The notes under the pieces are model-generated. The model had not been told where the DNA came from and ran no database searches. It saw nothing but the letters and a program-made list of their open reading frames with translations. A stretch of 64,000 bases of DNA from Vulcanimicrobiota bacterium (GTDB lineage Bacteria; Vulcanimicrobiota; Vulcanimicrobiia; Vulcanimicrobiales; Vulcanimicrobiaceae): positions 224,001-288,000 of the forward strand of contig CAWGBN010000009.1 of the NCBI GenBank assembly GCA_963820825.1. Direction: 5' to 3'. The position numbers and the translations under genes are program-made. Below are positions 39,227 to 49,944 of the stretch, one piece after another (the stretch's first letter is position 1; each line of letters opens with the position of its first letter).

Positions 39227-40641
39227 GGTAAGACCGCCGAGGGGCGAGTGCCAAGCCAAGCGGCGAGATCGGTGCGATTCGCGGACGAGCCGTCGCGAAG
39301 CTCGGCGCGCAGCTCGCCGAAGAGCCCGAAGCCTTCGGCGAAGGCGTCGTGCTTGTGGATCGACTCCTCGTTCACTTGACTTGCGAAGACAAAGGTCTCG
39401 TCGCCCAGGTCGGCATACATGTCGAGCGCGCGCGCGAGTATCCCGCGAACGACGTCTTCGACGAACCGCGGATTGTGATGGGCCTTGTTGACGACGAAAA
39501 ACTCGTCGGGGCGCTTCAGGAGATCGTAGGTCTCGCTCGACATCGAGTTCTCGACGATCTCGACGAGATCTTCGGCACGAATCGCTTCCGAGTGCGCTTC
39601 GTCGAGACCTAACAGAATCGCCCCACGGCCGCGCTGGTTGTGCGTCGCCACCGGGAGCGCGTCGAGCGCGCGCGCGGCATCGGATTCGCTGAACCCCGCG
39701 TCGATCAGCTCGGCCAGCGCGTGTTCGCGCACCATCGCTTGCGCGCAGGGACAGGCCGTCATTCCTTCGGCTTCCACGCCGATCACGCGGCGCGTGCCGT
39801 ACGCGTCGGCGTGCGCGACCCCGACCAGCGTATAGGTCTCCTCGCCGCGCTTGCCGCTCACGGGCGTCCATCGTTCCAATCCGAACTCGGCACGCAGTCG
39901 CACGTCGGCGCGCACGGCGCGATGACTGCGCACGACCTCGCAGGCGATCGCTTCGACGAGACGCTCGATTCGAGCGGGCCGCACGTCGCGCGCCAAAACG
40001 TCGAGCGCCGCTTCTTCCAAGATCTCGGCGAAGCGCGACATATGCACGCCCGATTTGTCGGCCGCCAGATCGGCGACCATGGTGAACTCGCCGTTGTAAA
40101 CGCGCGCGCGTCCGTCCACTTCCAAGTGCACGACGCGGCGCACCCGCGAGACGCCCGCCCGATTGAGCGCGAGCCGAACCTCGGGCGCCTCGGATTGCCG
40201 GTCGGTATCGAAGCGCAGCCCGCGTTCGCGCCGCCGGACGCCGCCGTTGACCGGCGTCGTGACGAGATGCGGCGCGATCTCCGCGAGCGGCGCGAGATTA
40301 TAGGGACGCCCTTCGAGATGCGGCTGCACGACGGTGCCGTCGTAGACGAGCAAATCGAGGTCGATCGGTCGCGGCTCCAGCTTGGCGCTCGAGCGTGAAC
40401 GGCCTACGGCGAGCTCGACGTCGCGCGCAAACCGCCTGAATGCTTCGAGATCGAGCTCGGAGCGCAGCGCTGCGGCCACGTTGAGATAGGCGGGCCCATC
40501 GGCGCCGCCGGCCGCGGGCGACTCGTAGAATGCCGAGACCGCGGAGATCTGGGCACGCGCGCGCAGGCGTTGGAGCGCGGCGAGGATATTGCCCTGCCGG
40601 TCGCCGAGGTTCGAGCCGATTCCGACATAAAGGTCGTGCAC
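39223..40641 (-). CDS. Fusion of FolK (HPPK) and GTP cyclohydrolase FolE2/MptA, 472 aa
   Basis: N-terminal YVGIGSNLGDR...YLN...PRPIDLDLL; C-terminal GVHMSRF, GMTACPC, THNQRG, LLKRPDE, FVEDVVR, ESIHKHDA. Confidence 0.88.
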   Translation of the reverse strand: MHDLYVGIGSNLGDRQGNILAALQRLRARAQISAVSAFYESPAAGGADGPAYLNVAAALRSELDLEAFRRFARDVELAVGRSRSSAKLEPRPIDLDLLVYDGTVVQPHLEGRPYNLAPLAEIAPHLVTTPVNGGVRRRERGLRFDTDRQSEAPEVRLALNRAGVSRVRRVVHLEVDGRARVYNGEFTMVADLAADKSGVHMSRFAEILEEAALDVLARDVRPARIERLVEAIACEVVRSHRAVRADVRLRAEFGLERWTPVSGKRGEETYTLVGVAHADAYGTRRVIGVEAEGMTACPCAQAMVREHALAELIDAGFSESDAARALDALPVATHNQRGRGAILLGLDEAHSEAIRAEDLVEIVENSMSSETYDLLKRPDEFFVVNKAHHNPRFVEDVVRGILARALDMYADLGDETFVFASQVNEESIHKHDAFAEGFGLFGELRAELRDGSSANRTDLAAWLGTRPSAVLP

Positions 40642-40704
40642 CGGCTCAACCTTCGCGCCGTGCTGCCGGAATTCCGCACGAGCGCCGCGTATCGTAGGCG
40701 GCGA

Positions 40705-41766
40705 GTGGAACGCGATACGATCTATCCCTACGTCCTCGATCCGAAGCTCACGACGCAGGTGTGGGGAGGCGACGAATTGGTTCGCCTCTACGGCAAGCAC
40801 GGCGATCCGCAAGCGCGGTTGGGCGAGTCGTGGGAGTGCTGGGATACCGATCGCGTCGTCAATGGGGCATTGGCCGGTTCGAGCGTGGCCGAGCTGCGAT
40901 CGAAGCTGGCGCACGAATTTCTCGGCGATCTCGACCCCGCGAAGATCTTTCCGGTGCTCACGAAGATCATCACCGCACACGATTGGCTCTCGGTTCAAGT
41001 CCATCCCGACGACGCGTACGCGCAGCGTGTCGAGCATCAACCATTCGGAAAGACGGAGTGCTGGTACGTGCTCGACGCCCAACCGAACGCGGAGATCGTC
41101 TACGGGTGGACGCGCGACACCTCGCGTGCCGAATACGAACGGCGCGTCGCCGACGGCACGCTCGGCGAGATCCTCCGTCACGTCACGCTCAAGAAGGGCG
41201 ATACCGTCTACATTCCGCACGGCATGGTGCACGCGATCGGACCGGGACTGACGGTATTCGAAACGCAGCAGGCATCCGATTTGACCTATCGCATGTTCGA
41301 CTACAACCGCGTCGGCCTCGACGGGAAACCGCGCGAGCTCCACGTACGCAAGGCCGCGGACGTTCTCGATTACAGCGCCACCACGACCGGCACGCTCGCT
41401 CAGATCTCGTACCGGTTCGAAGGGCTCGAGCGAACCGCGCTCATCGCCGACCAGCACTTTGTCGTCGAGCGAATCGTCGCCGGCAGCGAGCCGGCCTCGA
41501 TGGCGACGCAGGGTCGTCCGCTCATTCTGATGTCGCTCGACGCGCCGCTCGAGGTGACCGCCGGCGAAACGGTAGCGAAGCTGACTCCCTATCAGACCAC
41601 GCTGATCCCCGCCGCGGCCAAATGGTGCACCGTCGCGGCCACCGCGGGAGACTCCGCGCCGTTTATGTTCGTAACACCGCCGGAAGACGGCGAGCGGCTT
41701 GCGGCACGCCTGCTCGCCGCCGGGATCGCTCAATCCGCGATCGACGCCTTCATGGCGCAGTTTTGA
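40705..41766 (+). CDS. manA: Mannose-6-phosphate isomerase, type I
   Basis: VWGG, GESWE, LSVQVHP, GKTECWY, HAIG, QQASDLTYRMFDY. Confidence 0.92.
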   Translation: MERDTIYPYVLDPKLTTQVWGGDELVRLYGKHGDPQARLGESWECWDTDRVVNGALAGSSVAELRSKLAHEFLGDLDPAKIFPVLTKIITAHDWLSVQVHPDDAYAQRVEHQPFGKTECWYVLDAQPNAEIVYGWTRDTSRAEYERRVADGTLGEILRHVTLKKGDTVYIPHGMVHAIGPGLTVFETQQASDLTYRMFDYNRVGLDGKPRELHVRKAADVLDYSATTTGTLAQISYRFEGLERTALIADQHFVVERIVAGSEPASMATQGRPLILMSLDAPLEVTAGETVAKLTPYQTTLIPAAAKWCTVAATAGDSAPFMFVTPPEDGERLAARLLAAGIAQSAIDAFMAQF

Positions 41767-41805
41767 GATGAATCCGGCCGGCGCGCTGCGGCGTTATAAA
41801 TGTGT

Positions 41806-42300
41806 ATGACGCCGCAAACCGCGCAAACCGCAACCTTCGCAGCCGGTTGTTTCTGGGGGGTCGAAGACGCCTTTCGCCGGATTCCCGGCGTGCTCGAGGC
41901 CGTTTCGGGCTATACCGGCGGGCAGGTCGATAATCCGACGTACCGCCAGGTCTGCGGCCACGCCACCGGCCACGCCGAAGCCGTCGAGGTTACCTTCGAT
42001 CCGCAACGCGTGAGCTACGACGACCTGCTCAAAGCCTTCTGGCAGATTCACGATCCGACCCAGCTCAATCGTCAGGGACCCGACGTCGGCGATCAGTATC
42101 GCTCGGCGATCTTCACCCACGGCGAGGAGCAGGAACGGCTTGCGATTGCCTCGCGCGATCGCGAGCAGAGCAATCACGCGCGTCCGATCGTGACGCAGAT
42201 TCTTCCGGCACCGCGCTTCTGGCCCGCCGAAGAGTACCATCAGCGGTACTTCGAAAAGAATGGCGGCGCGTGCCACATCGTGCCGAACCTTTCGCGATGA
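41806..42300 (+). CDS. msrA: Peptide methionine (S)-sulfoxide reductase
   Basis: [31 protein letters not shown]. Confidence 0.96.
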   Translation: MTPQTAQTATFAAGCFWGVEDAFRRIPGVLEAVSGYTGGQVDNPTYRQVCGHATGHAEAVEVTFDPQRVSYDDLLKAFWQIHDPTQLNRQGPDVGDQYRSAIFTHGEEQERLAIASRDREQSNHARPIVTQILPAPRFWPAEEYHQRYFEKNGGACHIVPNLSR

Positions 42301-42770
42301 AACGCGCCGAGTTCGCAGCGACGTTGGGCGGCCTCGCCATATTCGGATTGGCCGTACGCTGCGGCGCGGCGCAAAACTATGCGGTAGTCCATACCGACGC
42401 GCAATGGCGCGAGCTGCTCGGTCCGGAACGGTATGAAATTCTCCGCCAGGGTGGAACGGAGCCGGCCTTCTCGAGCCCGCTCATCAAGGAGTCGCGCGCC
42501 GGCGTCTATCGCTGTGCCGGATGCGGACTCGCGCTCTTCTCTTCGAAGGTCAAGTATGACAGCGGCGACGGCTGGCCGTCGTTCTGGGACGTGCTGGCAG
42601 ACGCAACGCGCAGCCAATCCGACTACGCGCTGATCGAGCAGCGCACCGAAGTCCACTGCCGGCGCTGCGGCGGCCATCTCGGCCACATCTTCGACGACGG
42701 TCCGGCGCCGACGCACTTGCGCTACTGCATCGACGGCCTTGCGTTGCGATTCGTGCCGGGCACGGCGTAG
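42297..42770 (+). CDS. msrB: Peptide methionine (R)-sulfoxide reductase with N-terminal signal-like sequence
   Basis: [34 protein letters not shown]. Confidence 0.93.
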   Translation: MKRAEFAATLGGLAIFGLAVRCGAAQNYAVVHTDAQWRELLGPERYEILRQGGTEPAFSSPLIKESRAGVYRCAGCGLALFSSKVKYDSGDGWPSFWDVLADATRSQSDYALIEQRTEVHCRRCGGHLGHIFDDGPAPTHLRYCIDGLALRFVPGTA

Positions 42771-43538
42771 TTGCGCATTCTCATCACCAACGACGACGGA
42801 ATCGATTCGCCGGGAATCCACGCGCTCGTCGACGCGCTAGTCGCCGATCACGCGTTGATCGTCGTCGCGCCGTCGGGAAACCGCAGCGGCGTCTCCCACG
42901 CGATCACTGCCGATGAGGCGATCACGATCGAGCGCCGGCACGACGCCTCCGTTCCATCATATGCATGCTCCGGAACGCCGGCCGACTGTGTCTTTCTCGG
43001 TTCGACCGAGCTCGCGTCGCGTTCTGAGCTGGTCGTCAGCGGAATCAACCATGGGCCGAACCTTGCCGATGACGTCAACTACTCCGGAACCGTCGCCGGC
43101 GCCGTGGAGGCGTCGCTCCTGGGCATTCCCGCGCTCGCGGTCTCACTCGCGTCGAATCACGAAGACCCGGCCGGCCGCCGCTACTGGGAGAGCGCCGCGG
43201 AGATCGTGCGGCGTTGCGTCGAAACGGCCTACGCGAACCTGCGCGACGGAGCTTCTTACTGGAACCTGAACGTTCCGAATCTGCCGCTCGATTCGATTGC
43301 CGGCATCGCCGTGACGCGGCTCGGGCGCAAACGGATCTGCGGGCGGATCGTCGGCCAAGAACACGACGGGGCGATTCGTTACTATCGTGCTTGGGAGTCG
43401 CCGTTCGAGACGGATCGCGAAACGCTCGGCACCGATATCGGCGCCGTACACGCCGGCTATGCCAGCTTGACGCCGCTCTTGCTCGATCGCACCGCGGAGT
43501 CGGGACTCGACGCCTTGCCGGCGCTGACCATGCGGTAG
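42771..43538 (+). CDS. surE: 5'/3'-nucleotidase SurE
   Basis: ILITNDDG, GTPADCV, SGINHGPN, YSGTV. Confidence 0.93.
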   Translation: MRILITNDDGIDSPGIHALVDALVADHALIVVAPSGNRSGVSHAITADEAITIERRHDASVPSYACSGTPADCVFLGSTELASRSELVVSGINHGPNLADDVNYSGTVAGAVEASLLGIPALAVSLASNHEDPAGRRYWESAAEIVRRCVETAYANLRDGASYWNLNVPNLPLDSIAGIAVTRLGRKRICGRIVGQEHDGAIRYYRAWESPFETDRETLGTDIGAVHAGYASLTPLLLDRTAESGLDALPALTMR

Positions 43539-44386
43539 CGCTTGGGCAATCGCCGGCCCGCGATCTCGGCGACGGGTCCCAACCGATGCATAAGCTGTTC
43601 GAACTCCGCGCAGTTGAGCGACTGCGCTCCATCCGATAGCGCGTTTGCCGGATCCGGATGCACCTCGATCAAGAGTCCGTGCGCGCCCGCCGCGATGCTC
43701 GCAACCGCGATCGACGGAACCAGGCGCGCGATTCCGACGGCGTGCGACGGGTCGACGACCACCGGAAGATGGGTCATCTCTTCGAGCAACGGAACCACCG
43801 AGATGTCGAGAACGTTGCGCGTCGCCACGTCGAACGAGCGCACGCCGCGCTCGCAGAGCACGACGCCGTCGTTGCCTCCGAGCAGGATATATTCGGCGGC
43901 CAGCAGCCACTCTTGAACCGTCGCCGATAATCCGCGTTTGAGAAGCACCGGGGTGCGCGCGGCGCCAACCTCACGCAAGAGCGGAAAGTTCTGCATGTTG
44001 CGCGCGCCGATTTGGAGCATATCGGCGTAGCCCATCACCATCTCGACGTCGCGCGGATCCAGGACCTCGGTCACGACGCCCAACCCGTACCGGTCTCCCG
44101 CGTCGCGCAGCAGCTTGAGCGCCTCTTCGCCGAGGCCTTGAAACGAGTACGGCGAGGTACGCGGCTTGAATGCGCCGCCGCGCAGCACGTTTGCGCCGGC
44201 TGCGGCGACGGCACGCGCGGCGGCTTCGAGTTGCTCGGCCGATTCGACGCCGCACGGACCCGCGCAGATCGCAACCTCGTCGCCGCCAAACGTCGCACCG
44301 TTGCGAAGCCGCACGACCGTCCGCTCGGCCCGTGCGTCGCGACGGACCAGCCGATACGATTGCGGCACGTTGACGCCTCGCTCCAT
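43457..44386 (-). CDS. aroF: DAHP synthase class I-beta lacking an N-terminal regulatory domain
   Basis: AGPC, GGAFKPRTSPYSFQG, QIGARNMQN, LLKRG, CERG, DPSH, EVHP, SDG. Start at 44386 or GTG 44368. Confidence 0.92.
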   Translation of the reverse strand: MERGVNVPQSYRLVRRDARAERTVVRLRNGATFGGDEVAICAGPCGVESAEQLEAAARAVAAAGANVLRGGAFKPRTSPYSFQGLGEEALKLLRDAGDRYGLGVVTEVLDPRDVEMVMGYADMLQIGARNMQNFPLLREVGAARTPVLLKRGLSATVQEWLLAAEYILLGGNDGVVLCERGVRSFDVATRNVLDISVVPLLEEMTHLPVVVDPSHAVGIARLVPSIAVASIAAGAHGLLIEVHPDPANALSDGAQSLNCAEFEQLMHRLGPVAEIAGRRLPKRYRMVSAGKASSPDSAVRSSKSGVKLA

Positions 44387-44459
44387 GCGGCCCGCTTCGA
44401 CGCCTCGCAAGGGCTTCATCCTGCTGCTCGCGGCAGGCCGCAAGCGTGGCGCTGCATGA

Positions 44460-45681
44460 ATGAGAATGCCAATGGAGCACGTGGCCGTTACGGGGCTGGG
44501 GATCGTTTCGCCGATCGGCAGCACCACCGAATCGTTTTGGCGCCATTTGCTCGCAGGAAGGCTCGCGATCGCTCCGATGGGCGGCCGCGAGCGTCTCACG
44601 GGCAACGGCTTCTGGGCCGCCGTGGGCGACGACTTTCTTCACGCGAGCGCGCTGCCGCGCGCCGCGTTGCGCAACACCGACCGTTTCACGCAGTACGCGA
44701 TGGTCGCAACGCACGAGGCGCTCGCGCAGGCGGCACTCGATCTGCCGGCCGATTCGACGGCGGTGATTCTGGGCAACACGATGGGCGGCTTTCCGTTCGT
44801 CGCCGAATCGCAGACGCGGTTTCTGGACGCGGCGCGCAACGTCACGCCGAAACTCATGGCCCTGGTCATCCCGAACATGGCGAGCGCGCGCATCGCGATG
44901 CATTGGGGAGTTCACGGCCCGCAGCTCGCAATCAGCACCGGCCTGCGCCTCGTCGCTCGATGCGATCGGCCTCGCAGCGGGAATGATCGAACGCGGCGAG
45001 ATCGAGGCGGCGATCGCCGGCGGGAGCGAGACGCTGCTCAGCCCGCTCGTTTACGAGAGCCTCGTCCGCGCCGGCGCGCTTTCGCGCAATCCCGACCCCA
45101 CCGGCGCCTCGCGCCCGTTCGACGTCGATCGCGACGGTTTCGTGATGGGAGACGGAGCCGGTATCGTGATTCTCGAGCGCAGCGAACGCGCGCGAGCGCG
45201 TGGCGCCGCGATCCTCGCCCGAGTTCGGGGATATGGTTCGCGCGCGGATGCTTACCACATCACCTCACCCGAACCGTCGGCTCGCTACGAGGTGCGCGCG
45301 ATGCGCGACGCGATCGAAACCGCCGGCGACGCCGGCGCGGCCTGCCGCGTCGTCTACGCGCACGCCACCGGCACGATCGTCGGCGACGCCGCCGAATCGA
45401 AGGCGATCGATGCCGTCTACGCCCAGCAGCCCGCGATCGTGACCTCGATCAAGGGGCACCTCGGACATAGCATGGCGAGCGCCGGCGTGATGTGCGCGAT
45501 CGCCGGCATCAAGGGGATGCACGAAGGCTGGATTCCACCGACGCTGGGAACGCAACGCGTCGATTCGAAGACGCGCTTCGATCTCGTGCTGCGGGAGCCG
45601 CGTGCGGAATCGTACTCCGCCTTTCAAGTCAACGCGTTCGGATTCGGCGGACAGAACGCGTCGCTGATTCTCTCGCGATGA
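44460..45681 (+). CDS. Beta-ketoacyl synthase (FabF-like), frameshift near 44940
   Basis: VAVTGLG, IPNMA; removing one G restores STACASS (catalytic Cys); SRPFD..RDGFVMG, AHATGT, KGHLGH, FGFGGQN. Confidence 0.88.
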
Positions 45682-45748
45682 CGCCGAGCAGGGCGCTTTC
45701 AACCGCACTAGGAAGGTTCCGGGCGGTTTCTACCGAGGTGCGACGCCG

Positions 45749-48700
45749 ATGAATCTTTTCGTGAAAGGCACGAGCGGGCCGTTGACCGGTGAGGTGCTGG
45801 TCCCGAACTCAAAATATCACGCGCACCGCGCGTTGATCCTGGCCTCGCTCGCGCCGGGAACGAGCCGGATACTCGGCCTCTCCGACGCTCGACACGTGCA
45901 GTACACGATGGACGTACTGCGCGCGCTCGGCACGAAGATCGAGGTCGACCAAGATACCTTGCTCGTCACCGGCGGTCGCTACCACGTCAAGCGCAAGGTC
46001 GTCTCCGTCGGCAGTTCCGGCTCGACCCTCTACTTTATGATCGGATTGGCCGCGCTCGCCGACGCGCCGATCACCTTGACGGCACAGAAGTACTTCCGCC
46101 GCCGTCCCGTCGGGCCGCTGTTGGAAGCGTTGGCGGCGATGGGCGTGCGATTCGAGTCGGCAGACGGCTGTCCGCCGATCGCGGTTCAGCCCGGAGACCG
46201 CGCGGCGGCACGATCGTCATCCCGGGGATGCTCTCGCAGTGGATCTCCGGCCTGCTGCTGCTCGCGCCGTTTGCGACGGAGCCGACCGTCATCGAAGTCG
46301 AAGGCGAGCTCAACGAGCGCCCGTACATCGCGCTCACCATCGCGATGATGCGCACCTTCGACTTGCAGGTGCGCATGGCGCCGAATTGGCGCCGGTTCGA
46401 GATCGAACCGGGACAGCAGGCACGGCCGGCGACCGTCGAGCTTCCGCCCGACATCGGCTCGGCCGCGTTCGGCCTCGCCGTCACCGCGATCCATCCGTCG
46501 AACGTGCTCTTTCGCGGCTTGCACCAGCTCCCCGGAGAGCTGCCCGACCATCCCGAGGGCGCGTTCATGGAGATCGTTGCCGAGATGGGCTTGCCGATGA
46601 GCTACGATGCGCACGAGAAGGCCGTACGCGTGAAGCACGACGGCATCGAGCTTCGCGGTATGCGCGTCGATTGCCGCGACATTCCCGACATGCTTCCGAT
46701 TCTCTCGACCCTCGGCACCTTTGCAAAGGGGGAGACCGTCCTGGAGAACATCGCGCACGTCCGGCTCAAGGAATCCGATCGCGTCGCCGCGATGCTGCAG
46801 CTCAATCTCATGGGCGGAGATCTCGAGCTGCACGACGACCGGCTCGTCGCACGCGGCGTTTCGAAACTCTTCGGAGCGCGGCTCTCCTCCTTCAACGATC
46901 ATCGAATTGCTGATGTCACTGGCGGTGGCCGCGTCGCGCGCCGAAGGATCGAGCACGCTCACCTATCCCAACGCATACCGCATCTCCTATCCGCGCTTTC
47001 TCGAAGCGATGCGCAGCATCGGCGTGCCGATGTCGATCGCCAAGGTCCCCGCGAGCGGAGAGGTCACCGCACCGAAGGCGGCCCGGCCGATGCTCAAACC
47101 CGATCGCGCGGCCGAGATGACGCTCGACGAGCTGCTTCGCCGCCTCGCGCGCGAGCGGCCGCTCGAACTCGCGGTCGTCGAGACGCGCGACGAAACCGAT
47201 GCGGCGCTGACCTGGCAAGAGCTGCTCGATCGCGTCGAACGCACCGCGATGTTTCTGTTCGATCTCGGCGTGCGTCCGGGCGAGTGCGTCGCTTATCAGC
47301 TCCCCAACTGCATCGAGTTCGTCGTGATCTCGCTGGCTGCGCTGCGGATCGGCGCGATCTGCTGTCCGCTGATGCCGATCTTCCGCGAGCGCGAGATGGC
47401 CTTCTGCCTGCGCCGTTCCGGGGCGCGCGTTCTCGTCGTGCCCGACGAGGCGCGCGGCCGCCATCCCGCCGGCGAGATTGCGTCGCTGTTGAGCGAGGCT
47501 TCGATCTTCAGCGGCGCGCTTCCATTGCGCCTCGAGCACGTCATCGTCTCGGCGAGCGGGCGCCGCGCCCATCCGTTACCGGCGGCCGATAATGCGAACG
47601 GCAGCGTGAACTGGATTCGTCTCGAAGATGCGCTCAAAACCGTCAGCGTGGATGCGCAAGCGCTCGACGCGCGGCGCGTCAAACCGGCCGCGCTCGCGCA
47701 GCTCCTCTTCACCTCGGGAACCTCGGGCGAACCGAAAGGCGTTCTCCATCGCAACGACGTGCTGATGCGCGCCGCCGCAATGGAGGTCGAGCACCTCGGG
47801 CTCAACGCGGAGGACCGCGTCTTCGTCCCCTCCCCGCTCGCCCATCAGACCGGTTTTCTCTACGGCATGTGGCTGGCGATCGTCATGGGCGTCCCCCAGA
47901 TCGTGCAACCGATTTGGAACGCGCCTCGCGCGTTGCGCGCGCTCAACGATTGGGACGGAACGTTCGTTCAGGCGGCGACGCCGTTCTTGGCCGATATGGT
48001 AAAGGCCGTCGAGGATGGCGCGCTGCCGCCCGCGGCCCTGCGGATATTCGTCGCGACGGGCGCGGCGGTGCCGCGCGGACTCGCCGAGCGCGCGACGCGC
48101 ATTCTCGGCACCGCCGTCTGCGGCGCGTGGGGAACGACCGAATCGTGCCTCGGCTCGCTCTCGGCGCCGGGCGATGAGGCCGCAAAGGTCTGGGGGACCG
48201 ACGGCCGCGCGCTGCGCGGAATTCGTTTGCGCATCACCGATTCCGAGGGCCGCATCTTATCGCCGGGCGCGGAAGGACACTTCGAGATCTTCTCGCCGAC
48301 GATGTTCGAGGGTTACGCCGATCACCCCGAGTGGACGGCGGCAGCCTATACGCCCGACGGGTGGTTTCGCACCGGCGATCTCGGCGCGATCGACGAATCG
48401 GGATACATCCGCATCACCGGCCGCGTTCGCGACGTGATCAATCGCGGCGGCGAGAAGATTCCCGTCGCCGAGGTCGAGCAGCTCCTGAGCGACCATCCGG
48501 CAGTCGCGCAAATCGCAATCGTTGCGATGCCCGATCCGCGCTTAGGCGAGCGCGCCTGCGCGTTCGTCGTCTTGCGGCGCGGTGCGACGCTCGATTTTGA
48601 CCGGATGCAGCATTATCTCGACGCCTGTCAAGTCGCCAAGCAGTACTGGCCCGAGCGGCTCGAAATCGTCGGCGAACTCCCGAGAACGCCCTCGGGGAAG

Positions 48701-48775
48701 GTGCAGAAGTACGTACTGCGCGAGCGCGCCCGTGAGATGCGGCCGCACGAGCGCGTGAAGGAAGCGATATCGTGA
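45749..48775 (+). CDS. EPSP-synthase-like/acyl-CoA ligase fusion (AnsJK/PlmJK-like), ~1008 aa, two compensating indels
   Basis: AroA fold: PNSKYHAHRAL, RRPVGPL, LSQWISG, KESDR, DHR, SYPRF. This runs without a stop into an ANL domain: FTSGTSGEPKG, WGTTE, WFRTGD, RGGEKI, PSGKVQK. Indels near 46197 and 46908. Confidence 0.85.
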
Positions 48776-49944
48776 AGCAACTCGACCGCGCAGCGTTCGA
48801 CGAGGCCGCGTTTGCCGCATTGAAGGAGGAGATCGCGGCATACGTTGCCGGTCCCGGCGAAACGTGGGCCGCCCGCATCGAGCGCGAGCGCCGCGTGCCG
48901 CCGGAGCTCTGGGAAGACCTGCGTGCGCGTGGATATCTCTCGCTCGCCGCGCCCGAAGCCTATAGAGGGCGCGGCATTCCCTTCACCCGCTTTCTCGAGC
49001 TGATCGAGCTCTTTTCGATGTCGCACGCGTCGATCCGAATGATCGTCCACGTCGTCAACGGCACGTGGCGAGCGATGGACCGATTCGCGACGCAGGAGCA
49101 GCGCCGACAATTCGTAGTTCCCTCGGTTCAAGGCGCGGTGAAGATCGCATTTACGCTCACCGAACCGACCGCCGGGACCGGCGCCGACCTTCGCTGCAGC
49201 GTCGTGCGCGAAGGTGATACCTATTACCTGAGCGGCGAGAAACACCTCATCACCTTCGGAACCATCTGCGATTACTGGCTGCTCTTCGCGCGGCTCGCCG
49301 GTACGCGCGGCGCCGAGGGAACCGTCGCGCTCCTCGTCGACCGGAACTCGCCCGGTGCGACAGTCGTCGAGATGGACGAATCGATGGGCGTGCGCGGAAC
49401 CGACCACGCCCGCTTGCATTTCGACCGCACGCCGGTTCCCGTTGCCAATCGCCTCGGCGACGAAGGCGAAGGGTTGGCAATTGCGCTCGGCGGATTTCTG
49501 ACGCCCAGCCGCATCTCCGTCGCGATGAGCTGCGTCGGTTTGGCGCGGCGCGCGCACGAGCTTGCGGTGGCCTATGCCGGCAAGCGCGAGACCTTCGGCA
49601 AGAAGCTCGAAGCGCGGCAAGCGATTCGATTCATGATCGCCGAGAATGCGACCGATATCGAGGCGGCGCGCCAACTCGTGTTACACGCCGCGCGCCAATG
49701 GGAGAGCGGAACTCCCGACGCGCCGATGCTCTCCTCGATGTCGAAGCTTCAAGCCGTCGACATGCTCACCCGCGTCACCGACAAGGCGCTGCAGATTCAC
49801 GGCGGCATCGGCTTCTGGCAGCCCAACGCCATCGAGCGCGTCTATCGCGACGCGCGGGCGCAACGCTTCGAAGAGGGCACGAACGAAATCCAAAAGACCG
49901 TCATCGCGCGAGCGCTTCTCGGAAGCGCGGGAGGCGGAGCATGA
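48772..49944 (+). CDS. Acyl-CoA dehydrogenase family protein (AnsL/PlmL-like)
   Basis: [43 protein letters not shown] overlap with the upstream gene. Confidence 0.9.
   Translation: MKQLDRAAFDEAAFAALKEEIAAYVAGPGETWAARIERERRVPPELWEDLRARGYLSLAAPEAYRGRGIPFTRFLELIELFSMSHASIRMIVHVVNGTWRAMDRFATQEQRRQFVVPSVQGAVKIAFTLTEPTAGTGADLRCSVVREGDTYYLSGEKHLITFGTICDYWLLFARLAGTRGAEGTVALLVDRNSPGATVVEMDESMGVRGTDHARLHFDRTPVPVANRLGDEGEGLAIALGGFLTPSRISVAMSCVGLARRAHELAVAYAGKRETFGKKLEARQAIRFMIAENATDIEAARQLVLHAARQWESGTPDAPMLSSMSKLQAVDMLTRVTDKALQIHGGIGFWQPNAIERVYRDARAQRFEEGTNEIQKTVIARALLGSAGGGA

Noticed and set aside
40642..41733. Apparent 364-aa N-terminal extension on the FolK-FolE2 ORF
   Set aside because: It is the antisense frame of manA; the FolK motif starts at GTG 40641.
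47117..49944. Cyclohexanecarboxylate degradation (AliA/AliB-like) interpretation
   Set aside because: Fusion to an AroA-like domain and linkage to DAHP synthase, ChcA and a KS indicate biosynthesis; no BadK/H/I-like genes are adjacent.
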